The position numbers and the translations under genes are program-made. Positions 13,436 through 25,778 of a stretch of DNA of 64,000 nucleotides are shown piece after piece. The DNA is from Camelus dromedarius (Eukaryota), in the NCBI RefSeq assembly GCF_036321535.1, contig NC_087436.1:11098001-11162000 (forward strand), given 5' to 3'. The notes beneath the pieces were generated by a model. That model made no database searches. It was not told the DNA's origin and saw only the letters and a list, made by a program, of their open reading frames with translations. How positions within the stretch are numbered: the stretch's first letter is position 1; each line of letters starts with the position of its first letter.

Positions 13436-15691
13436 AAATCACATCAACTTATCTATAAGGAAGTCTTACTTTCTTTGCTAATTGCCTGAGGCCAATAATC
13501 TAACTGCTACCAGAATATTCTCTTTCTAGTGGTTCAACACTGGAGATAACAACCATTCAATAAACTGCAAATAATTACCCTGATTGTCTAGGAAGGCACT
13601 GTCTCCCCCTTGCCACCCTCTCCCCTCGATTAAAAAAAAAAAGAGGTATAGAATTATTAAAATTGTAACAATCGTCCAAATGTCCAAATACTCATTTTTT
13701 AAATTTGAGAAGAAAAAGGACTAAATCTGCTCCATCTTTAAGAAAATCCTTTGCTTGTGTTATATTTCAATCATAACGTGCAATCTGTCTTCATTGGGAC
13801 CTAATGCCTGGAACTGTAATTTCCTCCTAGAGCCAAACACAAGAGTGTTCCAATTTGCTACCAGGACACTGAACATTTACAAATCTTACCTTCCGTTTCT
13901 CTCCTTCTCCCTTCAGGTCTTGTCACGCTTCTCTGAGGTTTAATCACACACACAACAAAAACTTGACGTTCATCTCCTATTTCCTTAGAGCTATAATTTT
14001 AGTTTCTTTGTTATCTGCAGCATTTCTCTTTTCTAACCCATCAAATTTAGTCAAAATGATTTCTTGCGGCTCCCCAGGATGTGACACATTTCCTTCGTAA
14101 TCACATCCCAGTGCGAAGCAGCAGGAAGTGAGCATTATTCGACCACGTTTGTGCCACAAGTTTTCTTTTCTTTCTCTCAGGCCATGAAGTTCTTATGGAA
14201 TCATATTTGTGCTCCATGCACATGGTATTGATGATGACTGGATTGGGTTAGGGGACCTGCTCACAAAATAGGTTCTTCAGATGTGTCATTTTTGTGCTTC
14301 TCGGCAATTTTCTGGGATCTAGAGTTGCAGAACTGAAGCATGGTAAAATCTCCTTTCACAGGGGTCAGCGGTCACAGTGGCGACTGATCAGGCACCCTGG
14401 ATGAGCCAGGCTCTTTACCTGGTTCATGACCATGATCCTCTTACAGAAGTACTTTCATGTGCATTTCATGGAAAACAGAGGATTAGGAAAATTAAAGGAC
14501 TTGCCCAAGGCATCATGCAGTCAAATCCTGGTCTGTCTTACTATGAAGCCCATTTCTTTCTTTTTTTTTTTTTTTTTTAGCTATTTGGTATAATTTTAGT
14601 GTAGATTTCCAGAATGCATTTTCTTTAAGAATTTGCACATTGCTACACCAAACCAAGTCAAGAGGCTGATCAAAGACACAGGAAGAGTCTGCATTTACAA
14701 GGTGATAGATGTTATGGATTGATTTGTTCAATTCTTTTTCCAGTCTCCTGCTGTTATTGTTCAGTCCTGTGTGCAGAATATGGAAAGTTAAAAACCTTAT
14801 TTCCCAATTGCCTTTGCACCTGGGGTACCAGATGTATGAAGCCCATTTCACTGCCACACAAGCCCACCTATCTAGTTGCCAACAAAAGCTCCCTCGTCAT
14901 TTTTTCCTACCCCAGAGTATCAATCGCATGTATCAACTCTCATGCCACAGTCGTATCTGTGTTCTAGGGCAGTGGTTTCTAACTTGAGTACATCTGAACT
15001 ATTGGGGTGCTGATTACAAACATACATTCTTAAGCCTTCTCTCCAGAAATTCTGATCTCTACTTTATAGTGGCTTCTCAGCACCTAAAACTGCTGACACA
15101 TTTGGGCTCTAAAATTATGCAGTTGCTCAAAGGAGAGCCCTTTGGAACATTCATGGCAGATTTGTACTTAATTTATAGACTTGCTTTATATATTCATTTT
15201 GATTATGGATACAGAAAATCTATCCAAAAATTAGAGGTGGAGAAGGATATTGCTTAGAGGCGAGTCCATTCTCAAAATACCTAAAACCAGGAGCCTGGTG
15301 GCAAGGTAATCTAAAACAGAAAGTCTGAAATTGGAGCTGGCTCTGGCCATCAGGGGCACGCAACTCCTCCACACTCCAACCTCAAAGCCCCATAAAAGGG
15401 ATGAGTCATTCAGTGAGATGAGTATGTCAGTTGATCTTATAATGCTCGTTTTGAATCAGCAAAATGTCAAATTTGTATTCAGCATTTTCTCTTTAAGAAA
15501 GCAATTTAATGTATAATATATTTCAGAAAGATAAAGCAGTGTTTATGCTCAAAGAGGTAAGCCCTCAACTGTTTGGAAAACAGTTCCCTAAAATGATTCT
15601 AAACAGTGGGGGTGACACGCACATAAACCAGGAAAAGGTACCGTTCAGGACTACCACCGATGAATCAATGAATACGTAGAAATAGAAAATG

Positions 15692-16117
15692 TTAATCACA
15701 TCCTTGTCCTTGTGCCCTCCTCATTATTGTTTTTAGTTGAATGTGAATTTTTCCTTCAGATGAAAACATAATTTTTAAAAGTTGTTCAAAACAATTGCTT
15801 TTCTCTATTTGCTCTTTGTTAGCCAAGTCCATCTTTTCTCTGTTAAACTTTTGTATGGACTTCGAGGCTGGTGGTTTAGGATGGCCACTGCCAGCCAGGT
15901 TAGCAAACCACTCATCTAAAAGCATACATGCACTTTCTGACGTCCTAACAAACGGGGGCTGCATCCTTGATCAGGACGTTGGATCTGTCCCGTGCCGGCA
16001 GTAGAGGGCTGAGAATCTGACGTGACAGGAACGGACCAAGTCTAGTCTGAGCAGGCTCCAGGAGGGACAGAAAGATGATATGGATGGGACAAAGACCACG
16101 TCATTCAATTGGGGATC
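15692..16117 (-). pseudogene. Candidate exon: DPQLNDVVFVPSISSFCPSWSLLRLDLVRSCHVRFSALYCRHGTDPTS*SRMQPPFVRTSESACMLLDEWFANLAG...QGCD
   Basis: ORFs 15971..16246 and 15692..15964 are in the same frame, separated by a single TGA. Acceptor ggcacacag; donor not located. Confidence 0.4.
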
Positions 16118-16670
16118 CTGTGTGCCAAGTGGGAGACAGGCGTGCCCAGGTGGGAGCACCAGCGAGGGTTTCACAAAAAGACAGAGCGCATAAGACGACA
16201 AGAGAATTATAAAGCACGTCAGAGGTCTGTAATCTAGAGTTTTCATTTAATTCACGTTACAATTGTCAGCCATTATAAACAAAAGGTCATAATTTAATGA
16301 AGTCTCCTGTTAAAAAGACTCTCTTAAACCCTTAAATCGTACAGGACCTACCTCTCCAGGGTTTTGATAAGAGGCTATTCAGACTCTTCTTAACATGTCT
16401 TAGATAATGAATTTCCTTCCTTACTAAGAAGGACGTTCCTATTTGAAAACTCTTAATTATTAGAAGAGTCTGTCTTTTGGTAACAGCCGCTCACCACTGA
16501 CAGCAGTAGCATGTGGAACGCAGAGCAGAAAACCTCCTACCCCCATGCATTGGCCCAAGGAGTATTTAAAAGAAAAATCCTAATGAACCTTTTTCCAGAT
16601 AGCAAATATTCTTACCTTTCATCACCTTGGCTGTGCTGTGATTTGAAAATGCCTACCCTCTATTTTGTAT

Positions 16671-16823
16671 TTTCTTCCCCCCCTCCTTTTTTTTGGGGGG
16701 GGGTGGGGCAAAATGATGAGGTTTATTTATTTACTTATTTATTTAAATGGAGATACTGGGAATTGAACCCCCGACCTTGTGCATGCTAAAGGCACACTCT
16801 ACCACTGAGCCATTCCCTCTCCC
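16671..16823 (-). mobile_element. tRNA-derived SINE (Vic-1-like)
   Basis: Reverse-complement head ...ctctaccactgagccattccctctccc; flanking direct repeat ctattttgtat. Confidence 0.8.
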
Positions 16824-17019
16824 TATTTTGTATATTCCCCAGTCTCCGTGTATCCCTCAACCCAGTCACATCTGATTGATTTTTCTCACCCATCTATTTC
16901 CCCACACCTAACTTTGGAGTTGTACTAAAAGGCATTAAGGACATGCTAATTCTCAGACTGGTGGACAAGACTTAACCCCAACATCACCTGCTTTTCACAT
17001 TTTTCACCTTTTCCTCTAA

Positions 17020-18930
17020 TCTGACCCCTTCACTGGCTTCTCCTAGTTCTCTGCTACCTCATGAGTCTTTTACATGGTGATATTTCTTTTTCCTCTACCG
17101 GACCCTTAAGTACCAGTATTTTTCAGGTTTCCATGTTTCATTCTCTTCTTTTTTCACTATTACTTCTTCCTAGCAACCTCATTTGACCTCATGATTTTGA
17201 TTACCATTCTTAGACTAATAAATTACAATTCTTTATTACTCCCCCAGACCTCTTTCCTAATCTCTGTAAATTTTCTTATTGTGTCTCTCCACCTAGACGT
17301 TCCAGAGGCTCTTCCAAACTGACGTATCTAAAACTGATCTTTTACTCTCCCTGCAGACTGGCTTCTCACCTAGTACTCAGAATCATCAATGGAGATCGAC
17401 CAAGATGGTGCAGAAAAACCGTGAGCTCCCCTCCTCTCACGAGCTCACCAAAATCACAGCTAACTGCAGAACAACCATCAGTGAAAAAGACTGGAACCTA
17501 CTGGAAAAGACCTTCTACAGCTAAAGACATAAGGTGTTAAGCAGTTAAAGAGACAGAGGCACTGGGCAAAGGGATGGAAAAGGGAGGGAAAAATCCAGAA
17601 GACAATGGTACCCCTGTGCTCAGAATAAGGGGCTTCAGAGAGCTTTACTTTCTCTAAATGAGTGTCAACAAAGAAACCAGGTAGAACCAGACAGCTGCAA
17701 CTGTGCCGTAGACAGGAGGACCCCACCTGACATGAGCCAGTGCTCATTATGATGTAATTAGCCTTGTGGCTTGGCCCCTCCTCCAGGGGCTTTCCTGTGC
17801 GCATTGTGGGAAAGGAAAGAGTTACATAGCCCACACGTGCCACTCAAATGATGTCAACTATCAAATTAGCTTACGACAGCCCCTAGGCAACCTCACAAAA
17901 GAAGCAGGGTCTGGGACAGTCACTTCTAACCTCCCTTGGACCAGTCCGTCTTCAGCTCTTGGAGGTGTCCTTTCCCTTTGCTAATAAGTCTTTTGTTTCC
18001 ACAGTGCCTTGGGTCTCCCGTTTGAATTCTTACCTTTCGGGTGAGACAAGAATCGAGGCTATTCCCTTCCCCTTTCTGCAATAACAGAGGAACCACAATG
18101 AGATGGGTAGGCGCGACACACGTAATATAATCAAATCCCACGTACCCCGGGGTGAGTGACCCACAAACCGGAGAGTAATTACAGTGTAGGGGTCCCCCCG
18201 TGGGAGTGAGAGCTCTGAGCCTCCCGTCAGGCTCCCCAGCCTGGGGGTCTCGCACCAGGGAGATGAGCCTTCAGGCCAGTTGGCTTTAAAGGCCAGTGTT
18301 CCCAGCCCCACAGCCCAGTTCCAGACCTCTTTATCTCTTGTCTAAACTCATAACTGACCCCCTTCTTCAGAGTTTCAGTCCTGCTGGGCCGGCTTGCACA
18401 CCGCCACCGGAGCAGCTCTGCTAAGCAACAGCTCACGCGGTCATTGCAACTGCTTAGCGCGCTTCCCTCGTCGTCCACTGCCCGCAGGTAAGCCCAGACA
18501 CTCAGCGTGGATCAGAGGGCTTTCACAGTCTGGCTCCTGCCTACACCTCCTTCTTTTTCTCAAGTCAGGCTTCCCACACTGTCCAGGCCTCAGCTGTGCG
18601 CCCAGATCCATCTGCTTAGCAGCTGCTATTCCCCCTCACTCGGCCCCATCTTACTTCCTGGTGAACAGCTCGCCAGTCAAATTCTGTTTCAAATTTCACT
18701 CTCACCAAAAGGCATTCCATGACTAACCCACACTCTTTTTTAATTCTTTTCTCTTGCACACGTATATTGTGGCTTGACCTCACACACATTTTGTGTGTGT
18801 TCTCCTGTGTACCTTCTCTGAGGGACTCTGAACTCCTTATAAAGATTGTTTCTTAATACTCTGACTTCCCTCATCCCCTCCTCTGCATAGTAATTCACAG
18901 GCACATAGTATTTCAATAAATATTTATTAA
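17020..18930 (+). mobile_element. L2 element split by an L1 5'UTR fragment (about 17390-17534 and 18087-18298) and an LTR
   Basis: Pyrimidine-rich L2-like body with 3' end gcacatagtatttcaataaatatttattaaag; L1 start caagatggtgcag near 17400. Confidence 0.6.
17535..18086 (+). mobile_element. Solo LTR, ERV1-like, nested in an L1 5'UTR
   Basis: TG...CA ends (tgttaag...caataaca); 4-bp TSD aagg/gagg; 3' part similar to the LTR at 1208-1740. Confidence 0.8.
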
Positions 18931-19125
18931 AGAAAACAAATTGTGCTTAATAGAATCCAGAAATTGTCATAAAAACTCGCCATCTAGTAATGAGATATTT
19001 ACATGAAGAAACCATTCAAATAAGACACATTCTGCAGAATCTACCCCAGGTCCACGTGGGCGTCACAGTAACACAGGCCGCACGGGCGGCCCGGCTGAGG
19101 GTCGTAACAGATGTCACGTCCTCAC

Positions 19126-19206
19126 CTGCAGGCTTGTCATATCCTTCTGTCCATGAATGAAAGCTGTGAGAGTCCAGGAAAATATTGATAACTCCTACTT
19201 CCCATC
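19126..19206 (-). pseudogene. Candidate exon, 81 nt (DGK*ELSIFSWTLTAFIHGQKDMTSLQ or WEVGVINIFLDSHSFHSWTEGYDKPA)
   Basis: Polypyrimidine tract of about 45 nt ending ctatctcag, donor CAG|gtgagg, length divisible by 3. Confidence 0.5.
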
Positions 19207-19299
19207 CTGAGATAGAGACACAAAGAGGAAAAAGAATAAAAAGGAAACAGGAGAAGGCTAGTGTGAGGGACAAAGAGGTGGGAAGGAACAGGCAATCTT

Positions 19300-19808
19300 T
19301 GTGGGGTTTTTTTTTGGTTTTTTTTTTCAGTAAAAGTAGATTTACTTAGAGAGAAGGTAAGAGAATGAACAAGAGGTATCGGGTGTGGGGTTGCGTGTTT
19401 AGTTTAGAGTAAAAGCAGATACACACTCCACAGACAGTGCGGGCTGTCTCAGAAGGCAAGAGAGAGACACCGCAACCATGAGGCTGGTGTTGCTAGTTTT
19501 TATATGTTAACAAGTGAGAGGCTTGTTCTAACTTTGGGGAAGGGGTAGGGATCCCCAGGAGCTGGGCCACCACCTTCTCGTTGACCTTTCCTGGTCAGCC
19601 TCAGAACTGTCAAGGCGCCTGCGGGTGTATCACTCGCCATGCTGGTACATTACAATGTGTACAATGAAGTTCAGGGTCCACTGAAGGTCGAATCTCCCAC
19701 CCTCTTGGGCCTCCTGGTCCACTGGGAGTTGAATTCTCCTCCATCTTGGCGCTCACTGCTGTGTCGTCCTTGAATGGCTATGCCCTGGTTCCTTCCTTCT
19801 GGTCTCAT
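19300..19808 (-). mobile_element. Probable LTR (ERV1-like)
   Basis: gtaaaagtagatttacttagagaga...cacactccacagacagtgcgggctgtctcagaaggc resembles an artiodactyl LTR; ends ...ctggtctca. Confidence 0.5.
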
Positions 19809-20419
19809 TCCTTGCTCCGAGATTTCACTCCCATATCCCTGTGGGGGTGCAGAGGGGCAGAGGTCCATCTTCTGCAGCTGCTTCAGGGCTGAGTTGGGGG
19901 CATAGACCCTGCCTGTCAGGGAAGAATAGGCAATCCTTGAAGTAGTGGAGAGTCCGGCACATGTGGGCACTAAACAAATATTTCTGAATCAATAAGTGAA
20001 TAAGTGAGATGCACTGTAGTTGCAGGAGAGTAGGGAAGGTGAGCTCTAATAGCACAAAAAGTTGTGATGCTAGCTGCCAGCTCTCTCGGGTGTGATTAAC
20101 CTGCCACCGAGTGCATCTTCTTGGTGTGCTGACATTCATTCCCTGCTGCCTTAAAACCACTAATAAAGTCCAAGCCTCATGCTCAAGACTATAGACTGTG
20201 ATGGAAGGAAAGCAGCCCATTTTTAAGGAGTCCAGGGAAACTGCCAGGAGAGGCAACAATAAATATCTGATTGTTGATCGATTCACTAGGAATTCAGAAT
20301 CAGCACCTCACGCAAGCCCGCAGTCTTGCCCGGCAGCCTCACTAATTCTACTGACTGCTCACCCTCCCACACCCACAATGGCGTTTTCAACCCCTCCTCC
20401 ACCCTCCTCAAACTCCTGG

Positions 20420-22570
20420 TCTCTCAGCCTCTTCCCTCGTGGTCGGAAGATGACTCCCCTCTGCTTCACAGAGCAAGTGGAGGCTTGCAGATGGGAAATT
20501 CTCTCATCTGTCACATGTGAAATATGCACACCCACCTGGGACTGTATCCATCCACCCTCTCTCTTGTTACTGTCTAGGGTCTCTCTTCCACCTTGTGCGG
20601 GAGCACAGTTCACTTGTTTCAGGTCTCCTTTGGGTTTTTAACTTCTCCCTCATAACTCAACCATTCAGGTTTGGTAAGGATTCCATAAACCTTCCTTGAC
20701 CACAATTATCCCCCACCTACCAAACTGCTTTTTCTCTTTTCTTGTTATTCTATCCCCATTTCCTCATCTGGGCACCCCCATCGACGCCAATATGGTTTGT
20801 ACCCCCCTCATTCCACCAAAATGGCACTTACGAAGGTCACTGATGGACTTCACATCCACAAACGTAAGAGACACTTTTCAGTCTCCATCTCCCTGAACGT
20901 CAGTCACACTGCAGGGTTTGACGTTGTTCAGCTCTCCCTCCTTTTTGAAATGCTGTAGTTTCCATGAGACAAAATCCCCATGTTTTTCTCCTATCTAGAA
21001 TGAGTTTGTACAGGAGACAGAAGGAACAGCTGGAAAGGTCTCCTGTACAAACTCATCCTCTGCTATTCAGCCATTAAATGTGAGAAACTCCTCAAGTTTG
21101 GGCTGAAACTGAATTTGCTTCTCACACCATCATCTTTTCTTAATCACACCTGTCGCTAGGGCACCAAAAAGCAATGGGATGACAAATGGAGAAACAAACA
21201 AATGTGGTACATGAAACATGATTCAGACATAACAAGAAGGAAATACAACATGGATGAATCATGAAAACGTGACCCTAAAGGAAAGAAGCCAGGCACCAAA
21301 GGCCACGTGTTGTATAGTTCCATTCCTATGACGTGTCCAGAATAGGGAAACCTACGGGAAAAGAAAGTGGGTTAGTGGTTGCCTAGGACTCGGGGTGAGG
21401 GAAGGCTGGGGTGATAATTAAAGCATACAAATTTTCTTTTAGGGAAGTTGCAAGTGTTTTAAAATAGACTGTGATGATGGTTGCATATGTCTTTAATACA
21501 TTAAAAACCACTGAATTATATACTTAAAATGGGTGAATTGTATGGTATGTGGACTATATTTCAGTAAATCTATTTTTTAAGTTAACAAGAACAACAACAA
21601 AGCTACTGTATGGGAATGATTCTAAATTATATACCCAACTTAGACCTCTTCTCTGAACCCTGGGCTCATGTAGCCAATCTCCACAAGTATTTCTCAAATG
21701 CATCTCTAGATCAACATATTAAAACAGACATCATGGCCTCCCTCCCCAGATGACTGTGTCCAGTAGGTCTTCATCTCACGAACGTGACAAATTCCCTGGT
21801 CCTCTTATGCAAGCCTCAAGCCCGTCAGTCAGCCCAGAGACCTCCCCTCCTCTCTTTCCCTATCAAACCCAGGTCAGCTCTCACCTGTATCCACTTCCGT
21901 CCACACTGGACCACTGCAAGAGCTTTCCAGTGACTTCTCCCTATCCACTTGCCCGCCCCCATCCACCAATTCATTCCCTACTTCTATTCAGAGCTATTCC
22001 AAATATAAATGTGGTGTGTCACATCCTTTCTCCCCATGCCCCGTCCCAGTTTAAAAGCCTTCAAAAGGACTTAAAGACCCAAATCCTTAACTTGGCCTGC
22101 AAGGACCAGCCAAGACCAGCTCCTTCCTCTCTCTGGCTCATCTCACACCATGCTCCCCCTCACTTTCCATGCCCCAGCCTCACTCACCTCCTTTTGGTTC
22201 ATTAAATGCTCATACTACTTGGCCCATACTGTTCCCACTGTCCAGAACAACTCACCAGCCACCCCTTCCTTTGCTTACTGAAATCATACTCTCCCCTCGG
22301 GTCTCAGCCTCTCAGAGAAGAGTCCCCTGCCACCCCTGGCCAGGATAATTGTATCACCTGTGTTATCATCTCCATCCTCATTCCTGTCCCCATTGTGATT
22401 GTACATTCATCTGTGTCATCTTTTGGTTAATGACTATCTTTCCTGCCCAGCAGTGACCTCTATGGGGGCATCAGCCTTGTTTCTGGTTGTGTTGTTATTT
22501 GCCATCCTCAAATGCCTAATATACTGTCTGTTCCACAAAAGTGTGTTCTTAATAAATACTTTTTTAATTG
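20420..22570 (+). mobile_element. L2 element interrupted by an old L1 3' end (about 21170-21590)
   Basis: C/T-rich degenerate L2 ORF2-like sequence ending cttaataaatactt; L1MB/MC-like 3' UTR (accactgaattatatacttaaaatgggtgaattg). Confidence 0.65.
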
Positions 22571-23144
22571 TTCATAAGTTACAGGAGCTCTTTTATTTGA
22601 GTTGGAGGAATTTCTGTGTTCCCTCCTGAGCCCCCCAAAGGCAGGATTTCCCAAGTGACAGTAGGGGCAGTGTTCTCCAGTCATGGACCTACTGTCCAAA
22701 GACAACGTCGGGACAGCTGGGGTTTTGTTTGGCTAAACAGGACAGGCCGGGATGACCTGGTTGCCTCTACAGAGATGGTTTGGAAAATTCAGCTTTAATC
22801 TGGGGATACAGAGGAGTTGGGGGGGGGGAGGAAACAGATGAAGCAGCTCAGAGCAAGAGGGAAGTGTGGAGGGGAGGACATCCAATGGCAACTTCTGTGA
22901 AGTTCACCCTGTGGTGCCCAGTGTTAACACCCTTCCTGTTCCTCATTAAACCTTAAGTAAAATTTAATTAACTTGCTATGAGCAGTGCCATTGTGTCTGG
23001 TTTGGGCAGGCGCACACTGGGAAAGGATGAGTCAGGTTGCTGAGTTCTACCTCAAGGCGGAGACAGGATAAGAAGAAAGCACTTCCCTGTGATTCAAACA
23101 CATCCCAGACCTCCAACAGGAGTCTGAACGATGCCGTTTCTCAC

Positions 23145-23353
23145 CTGGTCCTTTTGGAGATTTAGAAAGTAGTTCTGTGCATCTTTTTGGCTTTCCAGTT
23201 TCCTCCTGTGATTGCAGATTGGTACTCCATGTGAGTAGCAGATTTCAGATAAAATCGCTTGACCATGTAAGATTTTGTTTTCTCCCCATGATCAGAGGGC
23301 ATTTCCAAGAATGTCCTCTAAACACCTTTTAGCTTGTGTTTCTATTTTTGTTC
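23145..23353 (-). pseudogene. Candidate exon, 209 nt, phase 1-0: TKIETQAKRCLEDILGNAL*SWGENKILHGQAILSEICYSHGVPICNHRRKLESQKDAQNYFLNLQKDQ
   Basis: Acceptor ttcactgctatag, donor CAG|gtgaga; one TGA in 69 codons. Confidence 0.5.
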
Positions 23354-24757
23354 CTATAGCAGTGAATCTGAGGGACGACAAGTTTGTGAATGCTCTAGGT
23401 TTGTGAAAATGTTAAGCAATGGAGTTACACATGTACAATAAATGATGTACACTCTTATCAATTCTTGGAAACCTGAATGAACTATTTCAGGAAATAGGAG
23501 CATTTTGATGGCATGAAGGGGCAGGAAAATTACATTTGCTTACTCTGTTCTAAAGCCAGCGTGTTATTGGTACTCATGAATGCATTAATCCCAGAGGCTA
23601 TGATGGGAAGGCAGAATTATAACACTGCTGGGTAGCATTTACGATGTCTTTCGTGATTTTTCTAAAGAGAGAAATTCTTTTTTATTGGTTATGCATCACA
23701 GGAGTACTGTAAGATGGGACAATCTCCTTATCTTGACAGTATATTCAAATCCACTGACACATCACATGGGCTTCACAAGGTCACAGAAGAGCTATCAAGT
23801 GACAACGTGCAAAGTTAGAAACAAACTCAATTCCTGCATTGGGAAAGAGCCACACACAGCAAAGCATTTGTCATTGATTAACTCGGCAAATTAAGACCAG
23901 TATGGCTTCCGGTTTCACCAGTGAGGAAAATGCAACCCAGATAAGTGAAATGATGTTAGGCTATGCCGCTGAAGAAGCTGTGGCTGGAATCTCACTAACT
24001 GCACAAGGTTGCAATTTATGAATATATGCATTCTTTACACTAAAGACCATACTTTCTCAAGACAGAACACCAGCTCCACAGCATGGCTTTTGAAGAGACA
24101 GAATTGTTCTTTTTTGTGTCAGTGCACATTGAAAATGGATTAAACCAGGTTCCCTGGTTCCAGTAATGAAGAGAATTTTTTCCCATATAGGCATAGTATC
24201 AATTTTTTTTATAATACATCAGTGTAGAAATGAAACAAAAGAACACAAAATAATTTACAAAGTGTATCCATTTTTGTAATACCCAATGTATAACGGAAAC
24301 AAAAGAAAACAAAAACTATTTACAAAGTTTTTTAATACTGTGCACCAAAGAAAAGAATTAAATATTCCATTTTTACATTCCATTATCTCTAAATATGTAT
24401 TCAGTGAGCTAACTGAATGTGTTTTGGATTTTCTAAAGTGTAGCCAACAATAGAAAAGACAGGGAGAAAGGAAATGAATCCACTTATAAAACCATAAAAA
24501 CATATATCCTCAAGCACAGGAACTGTCAGCTCAATAAAGACATTTACTAAAAGAAAAGGAACTTCAGGAAGGAATCACACAGCCTAGAACAGAGGATGTT
24601 TTCCAAGAAAGCAAAATACACGTTTCAACAAATATTTAGCAAAACAACAACAAACTTAAATACTCCAGAAGTTTGCATGTTTAATTCAGGGGGAAATCCT
24701 ATATCCAATGAGAAACATGATGTTCCAAAACACTGAAGTTATTTTTTCTTCTTTCAC

Positions 24758-25095
24758 TCTCGGTTAAAGAGCTGGTTGTGCACATGATTATGTATTTGCA
24801 GAGACAAAACGGTTGCCTTTTCCTTTAACTGTATAATGTAACCTTTAACTGTATAATGTAACAGTGGATTCAGGGCCGGTTGAAGATTTCCATCAGGACT
24901 GTTCCCAAAGCTTCCAACTCCATTAAAATGAAAAATAGCATTAAAATGTATAGTTCTTGACACAGAGAATGTTTTACAGTTATCGCCCATCCATATTGCT
25001 GCCAGGCAGCAATGTTCAAAGTAGCCGCAGAGTTACTTCTCGGGTAAAGCAAAGTGGCAGCTGATATAAATAGCTCCGTTATTTACATGTCTCCC
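24758..25095 (-). pseudogene. Candidate exon, about 338 nt including a 20-bp internal duplication; two near-open frames
   Basis: Acceptor gcaatgcag, donor GA|gtgaaa; overlapping minus-strand ORFs 24754..24990 and 24870..25052. Confidence 0.35.
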
Positions 25096-25199
25096 CTGCA
25101 TTGCTCGAGAAATGAGCAAGTAAGACATTTGTGTTGTTTTGTTTGCTTTATTTTTCTCCACATTAGAGGCTTTTCACCAGGCATGTTTAAGTCGTTCAC

Positions 25200-25335
25200 C
25201 TGAAGAATGAATTCATATCCCAAATCAATTAGTAGGTAAATCCTCAGCCGTGTAACTGAAACTACAATCCAGACTTTAGATCAAGAACGCAGTCGGCACA
25301 TCCAATAACAGCAACGCGGAATCCGGTGGCAGTTC
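25200..25335 (-). pseudogene. Candidate exon, 136 nt: ELPPDSALLLLDVPTAFLI*SLDCSFSYTAEDLPTN* (frame ambiguous)
   Basis: Acceptor aactctctcag after a pyrimidine tract, donor CAG|gtgaac; locally CpG-rich. Confidence 0.45.
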
Positions 25336-25662
25336 CTGAGAGAGTTTTAAAGGACAAAGAAAAACTAACTCCACATAAATCAAAAGAGTACTTAGAAGGA
25401 TAGAGGTAGAGAAAATGGTAACCAAATAGGTAGGAACAGGCAAAAAAGTTTATTGGAATGGAGAGGAGAGAGAAAAGGTAGTGGGGTAGGATTGTGAAGA
25501 AAGCAATAAATTAAGTGGAAGACACTAGAATATATTATCGTCCTTCTCATTATATACTAGTGCCACCAAAAAAAATTGTTTTCCTGACTGAGTTTGTTTC
25601 TATCAGCAGTTTCAATGGGTGAATTGTCTGTGATGGTGATGCCTTGAAAGATTTACACGTGC

Positions 25663-25687
25663 ACACACACACACACACACACACACA
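25663..25687. repeat. (CA)n microsatellite
   Basis: Seen directly; another (CA)n lies near 8364-8387. Confidence 0.9.
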
Positions 25688-25778
25688 GAAACAGGTCTCG
25701 TGCTGGGAGCATTCCATAAAGGAAGTGGTTTGTCTGTTACCTTATTCTGGACATCAGAAACATCACAAATATCCTCAC

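Noticed and set aside
1208..18086. The two related LTRs as ends of a single provirus
   Set aside because: They differ in their 5' parts, have separate flanking repeats, and I saw no gag/pol/env between them.
19825..22629. Long ORFs (153, 147 and 151 aa)
   Set aside because: They lie largely in C/T-rich L2 or LTR-adjacent sequence, are low-complexity S/P/L-rich, and have no splice support.
23131..23398. Plus-strand mini-gene with a signal-peptide-like reading (MPFLTWSFWRFRK / VVLCIFLAFQFPPVIA)
   Set aside because: It needs a frameshift, I found no downstream exons, and the minus-strand exon 23145-23353 explains the interval better.
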